Source: Grimontia sedimenti (GTDB taxonomy: Bacteria > Pseudomonadota > Gammaproteobacteria > Enterobacterales > Vibrionaceae). From it: DNA of 24,000 nucleotides. Location: assembly GCF_011045095.1 (NCBI RefSeq), contig NZ_JAALDL010000001.1:443923-467922 (forward strand). The letters are read 5' to 3'. The notes under the pieces were generated by a model, which had not been told where the DNA came from, searched no databases, and saw only the letters and a list, made by a program, of their open reading frames with translations. Of the stretch, positions 22,926 through 24,000 are shown piece after piece (position 1 is the first letter of the stretch; the number at the start of each line of letters is the position of its first letter). The translations under genes were made by a program, and so were the position numbers.

Positions 22926-24000
22926 ATGAAGAAAAGCCCACTAGCATTAGCTCTCCTGACAGCAGCAGTCGCAACAGGATGTGCTGTCGACAATTCGAAC
23001 AATGCTCCGTTCGATCTCACTATCTTACACATTAACGATCACCACTCTCATTTAGAGTCCTCTTCTCAGAAGCTGAAATTGGCAGGTAAATCTACGTATG
23101 CTGAAGTCGGTGGCTATCCAGCATTGGTTTCGGCACTCGATCAGCGTACCAACGCAAATGACAACGTATTGAAGCTTCACGCTGGCGACGCGATCTCAGG
23201 AACGCTTTACTACGCTCTCTTCAAAGGCGAAGCTGACGCTGCCATGATGAATCACGCATGTTTTGATGCGTTTGCATTAGGAAACCACGAATTCGATGAC
23301 GGAGATGCAGGTCTGGCACAGTTCCTTGATTGGTTAAACGAAGGTAACTGCAACACTGAAGTATTGGCTGCAAACGTTATTCCTGAGCAAGGCGTTTCTG
23401 CTCTCGCCCAGAATTCTGCAAACGACTACTTCAAGCCTTACACTGTCAAGCAGTACGGCGGCCAGAAAATCGGTATTGTCGGTATCGATATCGCCAACAA
23501 AACAATGAATTCTTCGAACCCGGACGAATCGACTCAGTTCCTGGACGAAGTCGAGACGGCTCAGAAATACATTGATGAGTTGGTTTCTCAAGGCATTAAT
23601 AACATCGTTTTATTAACCCACTATCAGTACTCAAACGACCTTCAACTGGCTGAAGCATTGACAGATGTAGACGTTATCGTCGGTGGTGACTCACACACCC
23701 TGTTGGGTGATTTCGCGGAAGTAGGCTTGAAAAGCGATGGGCCATATCCAACGCTGATGAAAAACAAAGATGGCGACACGGTTTGTGTTGCTCAAGCTTG
23801 GCAATACACTCAAATTCTTGGCGAACTTTCAGTATCGTTTGATGGCAACGGCAAAGTGGCCTCATGTAACGGTACGCCACACCTTCTGATTGGTCAGGAG
23901 TTCAAACGTAAAGATGAAAATGGCAAGAAGCAGGTTCTGGTTGGTGCTGAACTTGCAGAAGTGATTGCAGATGTTAAAGCTCAGCCTAACCTTGTACAGG
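22926..24000 (+). CDS. Periplasmic/outer-membrane 5'-nucleotidase-type metallophosphoesterase lipoprotein (UshA/NadN family, NadN-like); the 3' end lies beyond the window
   Basis: Absent from the ORF track because no stop is reached; I translated it by hand and found no stop from 22926 to 24000. Lipobox MKKSPLALALLTAAVATG|C. Metallophosphatase motifs ILHINDHHSH, LHAGDAISGT, GNHEFD, and LTHYQ...GGDSH. It runs closely parallel to my recollection of Haemophilus NadN (LSILHINDHHSYLE...LHAGDAITGTLYF...GNHEFD). Confidence 0.85.
   Translation, partial: MKKSPLALALLTAAVATGCAVDNSNNAPFDLTILHINDHHSHLESSSQKLKLAGKSTYAEVGGYPALVSALDQRTNANDNVLKLHAGDAISGTLYYALFKGEADAAMMNHACFDAFALGNHEFDDGDAGLAQFLDWLNEGNCNTEVLAANVIPEQGVSALAQNSANDYFKPYTVKQYGGQKIGIVGIDIANKTMNSSNPDESTQFLDEVETAQKYIDELVSQGINNIVLLTHYQYSNDLQLAEALTDVDVIVGGDSHTLLGDFAEVGLKSDGPYPTLMKNKDGDTVCVAQAWQYTQILGELSVSFDGNGKVASCNGTPHLLIGQEFKRKDENGKKQVLVGAELAEVIADVKAQPNLVQ

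Noticed and set aside
23334-23880. Minus-strand ORFs 23334..23591 and 23674..23880, listed in the track
   Set aside because: Both are antisense to the hand-translated NadN-like nucleotidase frame, which carries a lipobox and the full set of metallophosphatase motifs. They are shadow ORFs.
1-24000. Search for a mobile element, prophage, CRISPR array, tRNA/rRNA, toxin-antitoxin pair or an abrupt compositional break
   Set aside because: I noticed no repeat-spacer arrays, integrase/transposase-like ORFs, terminal inverted repeats, tRNA-like cloverleaf candidates or small two-gene TA-like cassettes. Gene content and packing look like conserved core chromosome.

Overview
This window reads like a conserved chromosomal stretch of a Vibrionaceae-type gammaproteobacterium. 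That call rests on protein resemblance to E. coli and Haemophilus orthologues recalled from memory; no search was run. I support 24 protein-coding genes: two are cut by the window edges and one looks frameshifted. I saw no rRNA, tRNA, CRISPR array, integrase, transposase or other island hallmark.

Gene order, left to right:
- patZ/yfiQ 3' part (+)
- Dabb protein and a LysR regulator (-)
- a stand-alone OLD-family ATPase/TOPRIM nuclease, YbjD-like (+)
- an 11-gene, tightly coupled minus-strand operon (14005 down to 4690): DUF523-DUF1722 desulfidase-like gene, LitR/CarH-like MerR regulator, CPD photolyase, SnoaL-like, SDR, FAD oxidoreductase, DUF1365, CFA-synthase-like methyltransferase, DUF2878, secreted chalcone-isomerase-like protein, DUF3833 lipoprotein
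- a short SbmA/BacA-type transporter (-)
- a divergent pair of c-di-GMP phosphodiesterase genes: CSS-EAL (-) and a split degenerate-GGDEF/EAL gene (+)
- a yceH / GIY-YIG yhbQ / yaeQ trio (-)
- a bactofilin plus an acidic helical protein (+)
- the 5' part of a NadN/UshA-like nucleotidase lipoprotein (+), which the ORF track omits because it runs off the window

The most interesting content is the light/photo-oxidative-stress-type operon. Its promoter carries three TTGTACAA motifs, its regulator lacks the canonical B12 ligands, and its eight-gene lipid-modification-like tail has no known product in vibrios. Secondary items are a T5-run frameshift splitting the GGDEF-EAL sensor, the wHTH + GIY-YIG + PD-(D/E)XK-like trio, and direct repeats between lysR and the OLD nuclease gene.

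Nothing here looks like a classical mobile defence island. All family calls come from motif and architecture recognition by eye and need HMM/BLAST confirmation.
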